Origin: Rhina ancylostomus
Taxonomy: Eukaryota
Reading direction: 5' to 3'
NCBI GenBank assembly: GCA_030265395.1
Contig: JARFYF010000055.1
Coordinates: forward strand, 22,101,747 to 22,165,746
DNA: 64,000 nucleotides
Under the pieces are notes generated by a model. It was given only the letters and a program-made list of their open reading frames with translations. It did no database searches and was not told the DNA's origin. Both the position numbers and the translations under genes were made by a program. Shown here in pieces: positions 62,991-64,000 of this stretch (the first letter of the stretch is position 1; each line of letters opens with the position of its first letter).

Positions 62991-64000
62991 TGAAGGAGAT
63001 ACCAATAAATGATGTTTTATTATGGGTGGTCAATTCTGAATTAACAACAATAATTGGTACAACAACGTGTCAAAAGTCATGTCACATAATACAGTTTATA
63101 ATGTTACATTCACACATACGTACTACATCAACGAATGAGAAGTCTAGTGCTTAGTGCTAAGAAAAACTCCAAACAACAGGAGATTCACATCATATTGCAG
63201 TCCTCATCTGCCTTCATGCCATTTGCAAAGTTAATGCCTTCTATCCAGTCTGCACTGGGAACTCTGGAAGTTGGACTGCAGCATGTCTGGAACCTTACAA
63301 GCACCAAGCGACTTCAAATGACATCAGAAATCTTGCCATTTGAAATACACCTGATGCAATGTTATTGAATATGGTTACATGTTTGTATTTATCTAAAAGA
63401 TGTTCAAACCCTTGACTTTTGCACCTCAGGTATCAGATTTCAAAACGTATTTCAATTATTTCCAGTGGTCTTGTCTCTGACTTGGGCTTAGCTGCCTCCT
63501 TCAGGGAGAAGGTTGCAATGCACTCATAATCCATACCAAGAAGTCCACAGCTAAGTCACAAATAGATCCCTTTTTTATAGGGAGATGGAGTGGTGAGCCG
63601 GATAGTAGGGCTGTTCCAGACAACATTCACTGTCTGGATCTTTAGTGGGCTCTTTGTAGGCCACCAATCCACTCTCAGGTCCTTCTGAGGAGCAAGGCCA
63701 AAGGAGCACTGATTTGAGGAGTCACTATTCTCTTTTTCTCTATACACCTTGAAGTGGTGGGTCATTGCAAGCTCTACCCTGTCCATCTCCACCCTCCCAG
63801 ATGCAAACCAGCATAACGATTTTCATTTTAAATGGCACCTCTGTGTTCCATCATGCCACCTTCATGTCTGAAATCATCCTCATGACATGATCAGAAAAAG
63901 TCCACCCTTCCGTGCAAACTCCCTGGTAAGGTTGCTGGTCAGTACATTCAGGACACCTTCCAAATTCCAACTCTACCGGCATTACAATGGCCGCAGGCTT

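Noticed and set aside
56182-64000. rhbdl2 as a pseudogene because the catalytic-His exon is missing
   Set aside because: All six visible exons are intact with consistent phases; the last exon is most simply beyond the window or inside a gap.

Overview
Vertebrate nuclear DNA, most likely from an elasmobranch (shark or ray), judging by HE1/V-SINE-like, Deu-SINE-like, CR1 and Penelope-like repeats. It is a gapped draft assembly with many 10-N and 100-N placeholder gaps. Two spliced + strand genes can be rebuilt exon by exon. The first is the 3' part of akirin1 (coding exons 2-5, 4432-13672, ending ...PASYVS*, with one GC-AG intron). The second is most of rhbdl2, a rhomboid protease (6 coding exons, 41477-56181; the last exon with the catalytic His was not found in the window). 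Between them is a strong CpG island (~21400-22616) carrying an ORF I cannot identify: it is E/P/G-rich and low-complexity, runs into a 337-N gap, and is followed by an AT-rich tract with AATAAA. This ORF appears to contain a compensated frameshift pair that turns an acidic stretch into a strongly basic one. Other notable structures are a 70-bp-arm intronic palindrome, two solo LTRs of one family, a candidate rhbdl2 promoter and 25-nt micro-exon, and miR-183/96/182 seed matches in the akirin1 3'UTR. There are no prokaryotic systems or CRISPR arrays. I cannot demonstrate a new multi-gene system; the orphan CpG-island gene is the best lead.
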